Shown piece by piece: positions 40,479 through 41,081 of a stretch of DNA of 41,081 nt. Location of the stretch: contig JANWVU010000003.1 of assembly GCA_025056465.1 (NCBI GenBank), positions 1 through 41,081 on the forward strand, in the 5' to 3' direction. Every line of letters starts with the position of its first letter. Position 1 is the first letter of the stretch. This DNA comes from Verrucomicrobiia bacterium (GTDB lineage Bacteria; Verrucomicrobiota; Verrucomicrobiia; Palsa-1439). The translations under genes were made by a program, and so were the position numbers. Below the pieces are notes generated by a model. That model was not told the origin of the DNA and did not search any database. It saw only the letters and a list, made by a program, of their open reading frames with translations.

Positions 40479-41081
40479 AGGTTGAGCACCCGCTGCCGGT
40501 AATGTTCATCGGGACGCCCGTCGATGCGGGCCACGTTTGCGTCGCTCAAAAAGACCGGTCCACCAAGCAGCGCGGCGCCGACGAAAATTCGTGCGGCCTT
40601 CTCGACCATGAGCAGGGAAGACAACACAGCAGCGGCGGTTTTGCCAACCGCGATAACGCCGTGGTTTTGCATAAGGATGATGCGGGGTGGGCGCTGGTAG
40701 CGTTGGATGAAAGCCTCGGTTTGGCGTCGGATTTCTTGCGACAAGCGGAGACCGGGGTCGGTATATGGGATGAAAACGGATGCCGGACCGCAACAAACAA
40801 TTTCGTCGGGGAACATCCGATGGTCGGCAAAATCGCGCGCCCGAGGTGAGCAGAGGATCTGGTTGACGGTGGTTGCGTGGACGTGGCCAACGAAGTGGGT
40901 TTCCGGCAGCGAAAGCAAGTAAGCATGGAATACCGCCTCAACGGAAGGCTTGCGCGCGGTAGGATCGGTGCGGCTGGCGAACAATGCGTCGTCAATCTCC
41001 CTGTCCGTCATACTGCTTTTATCCAATAAAGGGAGGAGTCGGTCGAATCGGCATTCCACAACGTCCTGCTCGGTGAGGGTG
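40475..41081 (-). CDS. Class II aldolase/adducin family protein (5' end outside window)
   Basis: KPSVEAVFH, VGHVH, MQNHG; frame is open to the window edge (TLTEQDVVEC...). Confidence 0.85.
   Translation of the reverse strand, partial: TLTEQDVVECRFDRLLPLLDKSSMTDREIDDALFASRTDPTARKPSVEAVFHAYLLSLPETHFVGHVHATTVNQILCSPRARDFADHRMFPDEIVCCGPASVFIPYTDPGLRLSQEIRRQTEAFIQRYQRPPRIILMQNHGVIAVGKTAAAVLSSLLMVEKAARIFVGAALLGGPVFLSDANVARIDGRPDEHYRQRVLNL

Overview
About 8.1-39.7 kb is a canonical translation/transcription superoperon on the + strand: tRNA-Thr, tuf, rpmG, tRNA-Trp, secE, nusG, rplKAJL, rpoBC, rpsL, rpsG, fusA, then the S10, spc and alpha clusters. Its traits suggest a PVC bacterium, probably Verrucomicrobiota: divergent EF-Tu switch I, an RpoB insert, no rpmD or adk, and an exported-protein gene inserted between rpsS and rplV. 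The window ends with an SDR and a partial class II aldolase on the - strand. The first ~7.9 kb is an accessory array with four parts. (i) Four short RHS-core cassettes all start 'MSAT'; three carry different C-terminal tips (two clearly Cys-rich) followed by envelope-type immunity candidates. (ii) Two decayed 3' halves of glnS bracket a GNAT-GNAT-polysaccharide deacetylase module. (iii) A GGGGTCAG(G/A)TC-type motif sits at every RHS cassette start and at the array end. (iv) An unannotated, decayed Y1/REP-associated HUH transposase lies directly after the last motif. The main candidate system is a toxin/immunity cassette array punctuated by REP-like motifs and linked to a Y1 transposase. The linkage is seen in the sequence; the mechanism is inference.
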